Shown here piece by piece: positions 1 to 8,389 of a stretch of 43,029 nucleotides of DNA (the first letter of the stretch is position 1; each line of letters starts with the position of its first letter). The notes beneath the pieces are model-generated. The model searched no databases. It had not been told where the DNA came from and saw only the letters and a list, made by a program, of their open reading frames with translations. Position numbers and translations under genes: made by a program. Origin of the DNA: a virus (Duplodnaviria > Caudoviricetes); IMG/VR virus record IMGVR_UViG_3300044795_000055, positions 1 to 43,029 of that record. One strand, written 5' to 3'.

Positions 1-13
1 AGGGTTTAGGGCT

Positions 14-31
14 ATTCCAGACATTGCAGAC
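14..31. repeat. One arm of an 18-bp inverted repeat (partner at 42968-42985); candidate origin element
   Basis: attccagacattgcagac versus the reverse complement of 42968-42985, attccagacattgtagac (17/18). Confidence 0.7.
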
Positions 32-67
32 CCCCCATACCCATACCACCCGACTTCATGCATATGC

Positions 68-1204
68 TCATAAAGCGTCCAGCCTGTAGCCGCCGCCTTT
101 CCCGGTTTTGACAGCCAGCCGCTTGTCCTTCCATCGAGCGTGACCTTTCCTCACCATCCGGTTGAGCGCTTTCTGAACCGACATCGAGCTGATTCCGCAA
201 TCGTTAGCGAGGCGCACCCCACTCACATAAGCCCCGGCTTCAATTGAGGGCATCAACTCATCGAGAACGGTCAGGATGTGCGCCTCGAGCTGAGTCTGGC
301 GCACCTCGTAGTAGGGACCGTCGCTCACAAATTGCGTTAGGTCCTTGTCCTGATGAACCGCGAGCATCAGGTCTTTCCTGACGTCGCGGCCTCGCACCGC
401 GAACACCCGCATGATCTGCTCCGGGTTCATCGGGTCTGCTCCCTGCGGATCGGCTAACACCATGGACCCCGACACCCCAGCGACTGCGGTGTAGCTGCGG
501 TTGATCAGCTCATGCGGGTCTACCCAGACCTTGCCCTTGAGCTTGCCTGAGTGGTTCGCGAGGCTAATGACGAGGTGACGCTGCAGTGCGAACTGATCGA
601 ACTTCGCCGTCTGCCCGTAATCGACCTCAGTGACACGCGACCCAGCGATAGGTCCTGGCGCATGACCACGCCAGATTTGACGCACAATCTCTTCAGTGTC
701 GATCAGGACCAGGCGCACCTTCGGATGACTGCTCAGCCAAAAGCCGAGCCACGAGCGGAAAGCCATCTCCTCGCCATATTTGTCCGCGAGCTTGATCAAG
801 CGCTCGCGATTGAAGACATGGCAACCATCAGGTACGGTGGCGACGCCCAGCGTCGCCATCCGTTCCTTGATGCGTTGGTTGTCGTCTTCACCGAAAAGTG
901 CCAGACACTCTGCCTGAGCGCACTGGTAACCCAAGAACGTGCTGCCCTCAGCGATTGCCAACATCAGCTGGAGCTGCAGCCAGGACTTGCCGATTTTCGG
1001 TCTGCCGACCAGCACCCAGGCACCGGGGAATAGCCAGTCCTGAACAAGCGGGTAGCGCTCGATGTCGGGCGCGGCGGCAATCTCCGCCAGGGTGTCGGCG
1101 TGTTCTTTCCCGGCCTGCTCGACTAGTTCGCCATAGCGATAGGTGGCGCGGCGCTTTTCTTCGGGTGTCTGCGGCTTGCCGTTGCCGGGGCGTGACTCTG
1201 CCAT
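68..1204 (-). CDS. AAA-family (RepA/AAA_25-like) replication ATPase/helicase with possible C-terminal winged HTH
   Basis: Walker A GRPKIGKS, acidic motif LFGEDD, Walker B LVLIDT; C-terminal LANDCGISSMSVQKAL looks like an HTH. Confidence 0.8.
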   Translation of the reverse strand: MAESRPGNGKPQTPEEKRRATYRYGELVEQAGKEHADTLAEIAAAPDIERYPLVQDWLFPGAWVLVGRPKIGKSWLQLQLMLAIAEGSTFLGYQCAQAECLALFGEDDNQRIKERMATLGVATVPDGCHVFNRERLIKLADKYGEEMAFRSWLGFWLSSHPKVRLVLIDTEEIVRQIWRGHAPGPIAGSRVTEVDYGQTAKFDQFALQRHLVISLANHSGKLKGKVWVDPHELINRSYTAVAGVSGSMVLADPQGADPMNPEQIMRVFAVRGRDVRKDLMLAVHQDKDLTQFVSDGPYYEVRQTQLEAHILTVLDELMPSIEAGAYVSGVRLANDCGISSMSVQKALNRMVRKGHARWKDKRLAVKTGKGGGYRLDAL

Positions 1205-1216
1205 GAGGATCCCCGG

Positions 1217-1474
1217 TCACGGTGCAGGCGCGACGTTGTTGCTCCCGTGGTTGCTACGTTTGGGTTGCAGACGTTGGCGACGTCGGGCAAGCCAGCGCTC
1301 GACGTCCTCGCGCCGGTACATGACCTTGCGCTCGCTCAATCTCGTGACGTCCGGTCCCTTGCCCTTGGCGCGCAAGGCATAGAACGTGCTTTTGCCCATG
1401 CGCAGGTACTTGATGAGTTCAGCGGGGGTGAAGAACTCCTGCGCATCCGGCGGAGGTGTGGCTTTTGCTTTCAC
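1217..1474 (-). CDS. AlpA/excisionase-like HTH DNA-binding protein
   Basis: FTPAELIKYLRMGKSTFY...GKGP...KVMYRREDVERWL pattern; divergent from the integrase. Confidence 0.82.
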   Translation of the reverse strand: MKAKATPPPDAQEFFTPAELIKYLRMGKSTFYALRAKGKGPDVTRLSERKVMYRREDVERWLARRRQRLQPKRSNHGSNNVAPAP

Positions 1475-1479
1475 TAGGG

Positions 1480-1800
1480 ATCTCCCTGTGTACCGTGCCC
1501 TTGTCCCCTACGGTCCCCGGAGGTGTAGCCCGCACCGTCCGAGAGTGGCGCGTTCTACGCCCCTTGACAGCCCTCCTGCAAGCTTGGCGGGAGCACCACG
1601 GGACAGCAACGATACCAGGCACATGGCTTGCTAAAATCCCTTGTGACTCGAGGGGTTACATCGATGTACATGAAATATGATGTTTTAGATCGGGGACTTT
1701 CGGGGTCCATCGTGGTATGTTCTAGTCCTTGGGAACCAATGACTTAGGACTGTGTCGAACCCCGTAGGACCAGACGAGTCTTTACGGGAATGCATCCCAC
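1480..1800. other. Candidate attP / xis-int control region
   Basis: Non-coding gap between xis and int with repeated GTCCCC/GGGGAC-like words, a 12-bp palindrome TACATCGATGTA (1657-1668) and an AT-rich patch. Confidence 0.45.
1617..1632 (+). promoter_or_regulatory. Sigma54-like -24/-12 motif upstream of integrase
   Basis: aGGCAC-atggc-TTGCT matches TGGCAC-N5-TTGCW spacing. Confidence 0.4.
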
Positions 1801-1824
1801 CAACGATACGAGGACAATACGCCG

Positions 1825-3234
1825 ATGAGCCAACCTGCCGAAAAGATGGCTGCACCTAAGCGCAAGGTACGCCGCCTCAAGACCCCGCTGCGCGAGATCA
1901 CCCCAGACCGCGCCGCCAAGGAACCCAGCCTGCGCCCTGGCAAGCTCTGGATCATGCGTTGCGGAAGGCGCGAAGGTCTGGGAGTCCAGATCACCCCGGC
2001 AGGCACCCGGTCGTGGTGCGTAACCTTCACCAATCGAGCCACCGGCAAGCAAGAGCAGCTCGTGATCGGTCGGGTCGGACGCTTGCCCTGGAAGTCCAAG
2101 GCGGGCGATGACAATAGCGTCCTGCGCCAGTGGGAGATCTACGCGGGACAGGCGACTGGCTATGCGCCGAAGTCCATTACTCGCAAGGCCGAAGAACAAC
2201 GCACCGGCAAGCACACGCTGCATCAGGTCAACGAGCAGTACATCAAGCTGATGGCTGACCCGAAGCTCAGCAACAAGCCGCTGGCGCTGGGCAGTCAGAC
2301 CCGCTACCGCAAATGCACCAATCTCCTGGCGTTTGCGTTCAACGCCACAAACCGGGACATCTTCACGATCACCAAGAAGGATGTCCTCGACGGGTTTCCG
2401 TTGCTCTGCCACATCCCCCTCGAGCGTCGCCCAAAAGGCACGCGCATGCGTGGAGGCAAGGCGGCGGCTTACAACGCTATGCGCCACTTCCAGCTGCTCT
2501 GGGAGTTCGCCGCCAAGCAGACCGATGAAGCGCGCCCCCGCTGTCCGTACAGTGTGGTCGACAAGTTGGTCGTGAAACCTGCGCCACGTTCGTTCAAGAT
2601 TTTCGAGCGCTTCATCCCGGTGTTCTGGCACAGCGCAGCGCGGATCCCGCACGACAACGGCATGAAGGCTGCGGGTCCGGTGTGGGCGTTATACCTGCGC
2701 GCGGTGCTGCTGACGGGTTGCCGCCTCACCGAAATGCTTCGGGTCAAGTGGAGCATGATCGACCTCGACGCGCAGACCATCACCTTCCCCGCCCAGGTGC
2801 GAGGTGAGAACGAGGCACACACCAAGAATCGCGCAGAGCATGTCTTCCCCATCGGCAAGTGGCTTGCAGCCGCGCTACGGGCGCACAAGAAGAATCACGA
2901 CCCGGCTTGGAAGGACGATTACGTCTTCACCTACCCGCACGGGTGCCGCTACGCGGGCCTGCGGATGTCTAACACAAAGCGTGTGGTCGCAAAGCACCGC
3001 GCCATGATGGGGAAGGACAACTACTACTTCATCCACAACCTGCGGCACTCGTTCTCGTCGGTCATGGTGAAGCTCGACGTGCCATTCCTCAGCGAGAAGA
3101 AGATGCTGAACCACGTCGTGAAAGACGTGACGGGTACTTATCCATACATCCCGCCTGACACAATCCGCCCGCACACGCAAAGGGTCGAGGATTGGATCTT
3201 GGAGCAGGCTGGAGTCACAAAGGAGGGAAAGTGA
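1825..3234 (+). CDS. int: Tyrosine recombinase / phage integrase with N-terminal arm-binding domain
   Basis: Catalytic set LLTGCR, TKN, HNLRH, LNH, TGTY; N-terminal GLGVQITPAGTRSW arm-binding motif. Confidence 0.92.
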   Translation: MSQPAEKMAAPKRKVRRLKTPLREITPDRAAKEPSLRPGKLWIMRCGRREGLGVQITPAGTRSWCVTFTNRATGKQEQLVIGRVGRLPWKSKAGDDNSVLRQWEIYAGQATGYAPKSITRKAEEQRTGKHTLHQVNEQYIKLMADPKLSNKPLALGSQTRYRKCTNLLAFAFNATNRDIFTITKKDVLDGFPLLCHIPLERRPKGTRMRGGKAAAYNAMRHFQLLWEFAAKQTDEARPRCPYSVVDKLVVKPAPRSFKIFERFIPVFWHSAARIPHDNGMKAAGPVWALYLRAVLLTGCRLTEMLRVKWSMIDLDAQTITFPAQVRGENEAHTKNRAEHVFPIGKWLAAALRAHKKNHDPAWKDDYVFTYPHGCRYAGLRMSNTKRVVAKHRAMMGKDNYYFIHNLRHSFSSVMVKLDVPFLSEKKMLNHVVKDVTGTYPYIPPDTIRPHTQRVEDWILEQAGVTKEGK

Positions 3235-3497
3235 AGGATCGTGACTATGGACCTTGCGCTATCGATGAGTGTGACAACCAACGACGCAAGTTCTCACCCA
3301 TCTGCGCCCAGTGTTCAGCGAACAACCACTATTGGGAGAAAAAGATAGCGAAGTCAGGTGTACAGGTGGTGCGCGAGCGTCAGCACGCTTTGGCGAAGTG
3401 GCAGCACCGGATGATCTACTACTGTAATCAGGAAACCCAACCGAGGAGAATATCTAATGTCGTCAGAATCTTCCCAGCGCGCTCCCAGCAACGGTAA
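3231..3497 (+). CDS. Small Cys-rich (putative Zn-binding) protein
   Basis: GTG start overlaps the int stop, RBS AAGGAGG upstream; CAIDEC...CAQC motif. Confidence 0.6.
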   Translation: MKDRDYGPCAIDECDNQRRKFSPICAQCSANNHYWEKKIAKSGVQVVRERQHALAKWQHRMIYYCNQETQPRRISNVVRIFPARSQQR

Positions 3498-3771
3498 GTG
3501 GACCCCGGAGCAACGCGCGCGGCTGTCAGCTTCGATGAAGCGTGCCCGCCGCAAAGCGGGTGCGTCTTGGTTCAAGAAGGCGCGCAGAGGTCGACCCCCT
3601 GCGGACATCGCGCGGACGAGCGCTGGGACCATCAGGGTGCCGAATCACATCTACGTCCTCGCGAAGCGACTGCGGACATTGACGCGCGCGCATATAGTGA
3701 CCCAGGACGGCGACGTCGATGACTTGGCGATGACTGCGATAGCTTTAACTCGTGAACTGTTAGGAGAGTAG
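3457..3771 (+). CDS. Basic putative DNA-binding protein (NUMOD3-like and AT-hook-like motifs)
   Basis: RBS GAGGAG; WTPEQRARLSASMK and RRGRPP motifs. Confidence 0.6.
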   Translation: MSSESSQRAPSNGKWTPEQRARLSASMKRARRKAGASWFKKARRGRPPADIARTSAGTIRVPNHIYVLAKRLRTLTRAHIVTQDGDVDDLAMTAIALTRELLGE

Positions 3772-3777
3772 AGAGAG

Positions 3778-4179
3778 ATGATCAAACTGGATGACAACCT
3801 GCTGGCAATGTGGGTCGTAGAGATCCGCCAGGGCGACCTTGAGGGCAACTGGATGGCAAGCCTGTCGAAGCGCGAGAGCGGGTACGAACTCGACTACCGC
3901 TTCCGTTGGTATGTGGATGACAAGGCGCACGATTCGGAGGACAAACGCGACTTCTTTGTAGCGAGGCTCAATCCAGCCATCACGGAAGAGAAGATGGCAA
4001 TTGAGCATGGACACGAGTACTACGAGTTTATGAAGAAGCACGCAGGCCGCGAAGTGAACAGTTGGGAGCTGATCCGGGGCGCGCGCACGACTAAGGAGTT
4101 CGCTGAGGTGCTGAAGCGCATGCCAGGCATGCACACCAAGACGCTGACCGAAGAAGAAGCGCGAGCGAGGGGACTATGA
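3778..4179 (+). CDS. Hypothetical protein
   Basis: Tandem operon spacing, purine-rich leader, globular-looking composition. Confidence 0.7.
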   Translation: MIKLDDNLLAMWVVEIRQGDLEGNWMASLSKRESGYELDYRFRWYVDDKAHDSEDKRDFFVARLNPAITEEKMAIEHGHEYYEFMKKHAGREVNSWELIRGARTTKEFAEVLKRMPGMHTKTLTEEEARARGL

Positions 4180-4283
4180 CCTGCGACTGCTGTGGCGCAA
4201 TCGTGGCAGGAAACATCTGCGCAGTGTGTGGCTGCGTCTTGTGGGATGACGACGATCTGGAGGACGATGACGACGATGACTAG
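4176..4283 (+). CDS. 35-aa zinc-ribbon microprotein with poly-Asp tail (not in ORF track)
   Basis: ATGA overlap with upstream stop; MTCDCCGAIVAGNICAVCGCVLWDDDDLEDDDDDD. Confidence 0.65.
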   Translation: MTCDCCGAIVAGNICAVCGCVLWDDDDLEDDDDDD

Positions 4284-4367
4284 TGAAAGGAGGTCAACCA
4301 CGGCAAGACCACAAACTGGAATACAGTGACTGATTTTTTCGCTAGAAGATAACGAACTCCATCCCTG

Positions 4368-4394
4368 AGACCCCGCTTCGGCGGGGTCTTTTTA
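4368..4394 (+). terminator. Rho-independent terminator between convergent operons
   Basis: agaccccgc-ttcg-gcggggtct followed by a T run. Confidence 0.88.
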
Positions 4395-4913
4395 TTCCCG
4401 CGCGATCTCCAAGAACACCGAGAGCGCACTCAGCTGATCGGGCATCACAGCGACGTTGTCACCATAGCCCAGGTTGCAGGGCTTGAACATGTCTTGGAAC
4501 CGCTGGCGACTGATGCAGCCCAGGATGGCGAGCGTGACCGGGGTCTGGATCTGCACCGCGATGCAAGCGTCGGCTTTGAAGTCGGACACCTTGGGGAAGA
4601 CGATGTGGGGATTCGGTCCCCCATAGTGGATCGTCTTCACCTGCAGCGTGTACCCGTGGTAGTTGTGCAGGTCCACACCGTTGTCGCCCCCCAGGTAGAT
4701 GGCTTTGTCGATGCTGATGCCCAGCTCGCGGGCCACCACATACTCACCCATGGCACCAATGTAGTGAGACCCAAAGTCGGTGATGCTGTTATCGATGCGG
4801 CGGCTTTTGACTCCGAGCGCAGCTTTGAATGCCTGACGCTTCAGCGCGAAGACGTGGATGACCGGCAGATCCCACTCATCGAGCGTGCAGATAACCGGCA
4901 GCGGTGCGCTCAC
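4392..4913 (-). CDS. PD-(D/E)xK restriction-endonuclease-like protein
   Basis: GAMGEYVVA...GDNGVDL...LQVKT pattern; GTG start overlaps upstream stop. Confidence 0.6.
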   Translation of the reverse strand: MSAPLPVICTLDEWDLPVIHVFALKRQAFKAALGVKSRRIDNSITDFGSHYIGAMGEYVVARELGISIDKAIYLGGDNGVDLHNYHGYTLQVKTIHYGGPNPHIVFPKVSDFKADACIAVQIQTPVTLAILGCISRQRFQDMFKPCNLGYGDNVAVMPDQLSALSVFLEIARE

Positions 4914-5221
4914 GACATATCGACCTCGCGCAGTACCCAGCGTCCTCGAGACTTCCGCCAACCGTGAACTAACACGCGGATCCCGGCTTTGCGCAGCACC
5001 GGGAGCGCGGGGCTGTCGGTGATCTTCGCTACGCGCTTCGCGACGTTGGATGCGGACGTCGCCTGCACCCCCACTATGTCGTCACCGACAGCCACCACGT
5101 CGATGATGCCGAAAAGATCCTGTCGGACGTGCGCGTATGGATTCCAGCGCTCGACTACCTGCACGAGCGGATACCCCCGCTCTCGCATCTCAGCGAGGGT
5201 ACGCTGCGTCGGAGATGTCAC
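4910..5221 (-). CDS. Holliday-junction-resolvase-like PD-(D/E)xK nuclease
   Basis: MRERGY..V..VE...QDLFGIIDVVAV...GVQATS; GTGA-coupled start. Confidence 0.65.
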   Translation of the reverse strand: MTSPTQRTLAEMRERGYPLVQVVERWNPYAHVRQDLFGIIDVVAVGDDIVGVQATSASNVAKRVAKITDSPALPVLRKAGIRVLVHGWRKSRGRWVLREVDMS

Positions 5222-5439
5222 TTCGCTTTTGGGGGTTGCACCTGGGGCGGCGGCAGTGTCTGTTTCGCCGGTTCCGCCGGGTTCTTTATCGCGACAATGA
5301 AGCCATCGACTGCCGTCACGATGGCAGCGATCAACGCCAGCACTTCCCCGTTGAACAGGTGTGCAACAGTTCCGGCAGCGAGGATAGCGGTGATCGACGC
5401 GAGGATGGGTGATGCCCAGACCATCCATGAGTTGCTCAT
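5218..5439 (-). CDS. Holin-like small membrane protein
   Basis: Two hydrophobic helices and a Pro/Lys-rich C-tail at the end of the late operon. Confidence 0.5.
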   Translation of the reverse strand: MSNSWMVWASPILASITAILAAGTVAHLFNGEVLALIAAIVTAVDGFIVAIKNPAEPAKQTLPPPQVQPPKAK

Positions 5440-5666
5440 GGTCGCCTCCGGTTCATCGCGCGGCGCACCGCACCTGGCTTAGCGTCCATACGGAACCCGT
5501 AGCCAATGTCGGCGGCTTTGGGATTTGGGTCCACGAGCTGTCGCTCGATGGTGATCCTCGACAGCCAGCGGGACTCGTGTCGACCGCCGCTACGCTGCGA
5601 TTTTAGAGCTTCGGGCGGGCTGATTTGCCTCGTCCGAGGCGGCGTGATGTTCAGCTTCGATGCCAC
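5436..5666 (-). CDS. Small basic hypothetical protein
   Basis: RBS AGGAGG before GTG; stop coupled to the next gene. Confidence 0.55.
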   Translation of the reverse strand: MASKLNITPPRTRQISPPEALKSQRSGGRHESRWLSRITIERQLVDPNPKAADIGYGFRMDAKPGAVRRAMNRRRP

Positions 5667-5865
5667 GACGACCTCCTGTGTACAAGACAGGTAAGAACAC
5701 GAGTACCGCCCAGGCGGCGGCGATGATAATCCCGGCCTGCGACTGCAACCACATTGCCCAGGCGAAGAGCGCGAACGTCAGCACGAGCGTAATGACGAGG
5801 ACAACGCGAGCTTGTAGCACGCCCAATGCGACGTTCGCGCCGGTCAGCAACTCGAGGAGGTTCAT
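5590..5865 (-). CDS. Membrane protein, holin candidate
   Basis: Two to three transmembrane segments and a polar C-tail; ATGA-coupled start. Confidence 0.55.
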   Translation of the reverse strand: MNLLELLTGANVALGVLQARVVLVITLVLTFALFAWAMWLQSQAGIIIAAAWAVLVFLPVLYTGGRRGIEAEHHAASDEANQPARSSKIAA

Positions 5866-6095
5866 TGTCGTACCTCGCCACCGAGATCGAAGGGTTTCAC
5901 TTCCTCCGCATCCGGCAAGCTGTCACCAAACTCACCTTGCTCCTGTTTGAGCTCTACGCTGCGCAACTTCGCCCATGCGTTAGTGAGTGCGACGGCAGTG
6001 TTAGGGTCCTTAGTCTTCGCGAGCATCTCGCACAGCTTGTTTTTCACGAGGATCGAGATTGCCTCATCTGACTGCAGCTGCCTGGGCTTTTTCAT
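5862..6095 (-). CDS. Hypothetical protein
   Basis: ATGA overlaps at both ends. Confidence 0.65.
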   Translation of the reverse strand: MKKPRQLQSDEAISILVKNKLCEMLAKTKDPNTAVALTNAWAKLRSVELKQEQGEFGDSLPDAEEVKPFDLGGEVRQ

Positions 6096-6388
6096 GTCAG
6101 CTTAACGGCAGGCTTGAAGAGTTGGTTCTTCAGCGTCATCAGCACGTCCTCTTCGCTCCCGAGCTTCGCTCCCGCGACCATGTAGATCGGCGGGCGACCG
6201 GGAGCGGTGTAGGGAGTCACCGAGATCGGGGTGCCCGCCGTGAACGGGGGACCCGGCGGCGCGGCTGCGGCTTGGGCTTGCGGGGCTTGGACCCGCGTTT
6301 GGCCTGCTGGCGTGACCGTGGGCGTGGCAGTAGATTTTTTTTCCCCGGCAGCAACGTCCGGTTTTTCAGGGGGCTTTTTAGTGATCAT
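6092..6388 (-). CDS. Pro/Ala/Thr-rich hypothetical protein
   Basis: RBS GAGGTG; coupled to downstream gene. Confidence 0.6.
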   Translation of the reverse strand: MITKKPPEKPDVAAGEKKSTATPTVTPAGQTRVQAPQAQAAAAPPGPPFTAGTPISVTPYTAPGRPPIYMVAGAKLGSEEDVLMTLKNQLFKPAVKLT

Positions 6389-6391
6389 GGG

Positions 6392-8389
6392 TCACCTCGT
6401 TTGGTCGTCCATCTCCGATAGTGCGAGCGCTCCGGTGCCTATGGCGGCGTTAGAGCGCGGCTGGCGCGGAGTGTACGCCGGGGCATTGCGAGCGGCAGTG
6501 CGCCGCTCAGCTCGCTCGACTATTCGATGACTGCCCACATGCCCCATCAGTACGCGACGCATCGCTGCGCGCGCTGCCACAGCTGCTGCGGTAGCTGCGA
6601 GTGCTGTAGTAGGTAGTGCCTTGTGTATCCATCCTTCCACAAGCGCTGCGCCACCTACCCCGACTGCTCCCAGGCCGAGCGCACCTCCGAGCATTTGGTT
6701 CGCGACACGAAACTTCTCGCCTAACGATGTCTGCGCCAGCCTGCCAATGAAGTTCATGGGATGGAATAATCCCGTGGGAGCTGGACCCAGGTCTTGCACG
6801 AGGCTGCGGTTGTAGCGCGCCATGTCAGCCATGGGTTGCAGTCCGCCAGTGATCTGGCGACCCGATTGCTGTGCCTGCAGCACTAATTGAGCGGAAATGT
6901 TGCCGTTGGGCAACCTCGAGTCTTCGATGACATAGCTATTGTTGATTCGCTCGCCAGCAGCGCGCCATTGCGCCGCCAATTCAGGATCGGTGCGCAGCAT
7001 GTGTTCATCGAGCGTCGTTTGCAGCACATCCGCGATATTTCGCCCAATCATGCCGCCGACGTAAGTACGGATCTGAGCAGGAGTCAAAATCGACGTGTCA
7101 GTGACTGCGTTGACCTCATTTCGCATCCTGTCCCAGTTGCCGCGAAGCTCTATCATGTGTCCATGCATTTCTTGAGCAGTTCTCAGTCCAAGAGCGCGTT
7201 GCTGCATCGCGCGGGCGTCGCGCATCAGTGAACCTTGCAAATTTCGCCGCTGCAGAGCGTTCACTGCCGGATCTTCGATGGTATTGATCCACTGGTCAGC
7301 ATTCCTGATGTTTTCGCTGAGCGTCGAGTTGATGATTCGGTGGTTGTAATCCAGACCCCTCTGGACATCTCCACTAAGTCCTCTCGCCCATCCGCCACCG
7401 TAAGTCCCACGCACCGCTGCTCTGTCTGCGTGAGCGTCAGCGCGGACACGCTCAAGTTCGGCAGGTTCCACTGGATGGTTGCCCGCAAGACCGACCGATT
7501 CGCGAGCGTTGCGGTTGTTGACGACCTCGTGCCGCCTGCTCAAACCCTCATCAAGTTTCCTTCGGCCTGAGATCTGCGCCAGAGGTCCTTCGGGAATGTA
7601 GTAGCCCGCCTGCCGCGCCGCGAGTGCCGGATCCGCTGCGGGCTGCAGGCCGCGATTGAAGCGTTCTGCAGCGGCACCTACACGGGCAGAAATTCCAGTG
7701 GCTTCGCCCGCCGCACCGACTGCTCGACCGAGTGGTCCGAGTGCGAAGGGTGCTGCGATGTCGCTGACGTCTTGACCGACAGTGCGAATACGCTGCGCAG
7801 TTTCGGGGCTGACACCGAGCGATTCCGCCGCCCGCGCAGTCGGTTCCGCAACGCCCCACTTCAATGCTGTCGAGATGCCACCGACAGCCTTCCCCGGTAG
7901 GTAACCGACTGCCTTAGCGACGTTCGCGCCACGTTGGCTTTCGGGATCCAAGCCTGTCTGCTTCGACCAGAAGTTGTTGGGGTCCTGGCTGTAGGTGTAC
8001 TGCTGCTGGACCTGATGGAAGACGTCCTTCATCTTCGCCCAGCCCTGATCGAACGCTTGACCGGCAGTGGCGTGATATTTCTCGACTGCCTCGTCTTCAG
8101 CGTTCATGCCCGCGTAGATACCAGCCGCTGCACCCGCAGCTGTCGCTCCCAGGCCGGTTCCCATCTGGAAGATAGGCTCAGCAACGGTCTGTGATGCCTT
8201 CTTCGCTGCATTCGCCCAGAAGCTGGGTGACTCAGCTGCCTGCCCGCCTCCTCCTCCCTGCATCCGCCGCGCCGCTTCCTCCACGATGGTTTCCTGCGGT
8301 GGCGTGCCGCCGCCACCTGGCGCATCGGGCACAAACCCACCTTGCTGCTGTGGTTGGGTTCCGCCAGGAGGGTCCGGTACGAACGGCAT
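6392..8389 (-). CDS. Putative internal virion / DNA ejection protein
   Basis: Large Ala/Gly-rich protein with FVPD repeats at the N-terminus and hydrophobic Gly-rich segments; last of the post-fibre cluster; TAATG-coupled start. Confidence 0.6.
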   Translation of the reverse strand: MPFVPDPPGGTQPQQQGGFVPDAPGGGGTPPQETIVEEAARRMQGGGGGQAAESPSFWANAAKKASQTVAEPIFQMGTGLGATAAGAAAGIYAGMNAEDEAVEKYHATAGQAFDQGWAKMKDVFHQVQQQYTYSQDPNNFWSKQTGLDPESQRGANVAKAVGYLPGKAVGGISTALKWGVAEPTARAAESLGVSPETAQRIRTVGQDVSDIAAPFALGPLGRAVGAAGEATGISARVGAAAERFNRGLQPAADPALAARQAGYYIPEGPLAQISGRRKLDEGLSRRHEVVNNRNARESVGLAGNHPVEPAELERVRADAHADRAAVRGTYGGGWARGLSGDVQRGLDYNHRIINSTLSENIRNADQWINTIEDPAVNALQRRNLQGSLMRDARAMQQRALGLRTAQEMHGHMIELRGNWDRMRNEVNAVTDTSILTPAQIRTYVGGMIGRNIADVLQTTLDEHMLRTDPELAAQWRAAGERINNSYVIEDSRLPNGNISAQLVLQAQQSGRQITGGLQPMADMARYNRSLVQDLGPAPTGLFHPMNFIGRLAQTSLGEKFRVANQMLGGALGLGAVGVGGAALVEGWIHKALPTTALAATAAAVAARAAMRRVLMGHVGSHRIVERAERRTAARNAPAYTPRQPRSNAAIGTGALALSEMDDQTR

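Noticed and set aside
4284-4367. Strong AAAGGAGGT Shine-Dalgarno before the terminator, suggesting a type I toxin or sRNA
   Set aside because: No canonical start at proper spacing and no hydrophobic peptide.
6335-6346. G4-A8 slippery run on the minus strand of 6092-6388
   Set aside because: The -1 frame gives a low-complexity product ending at about the same place; no tail-assembly-chaperone context.
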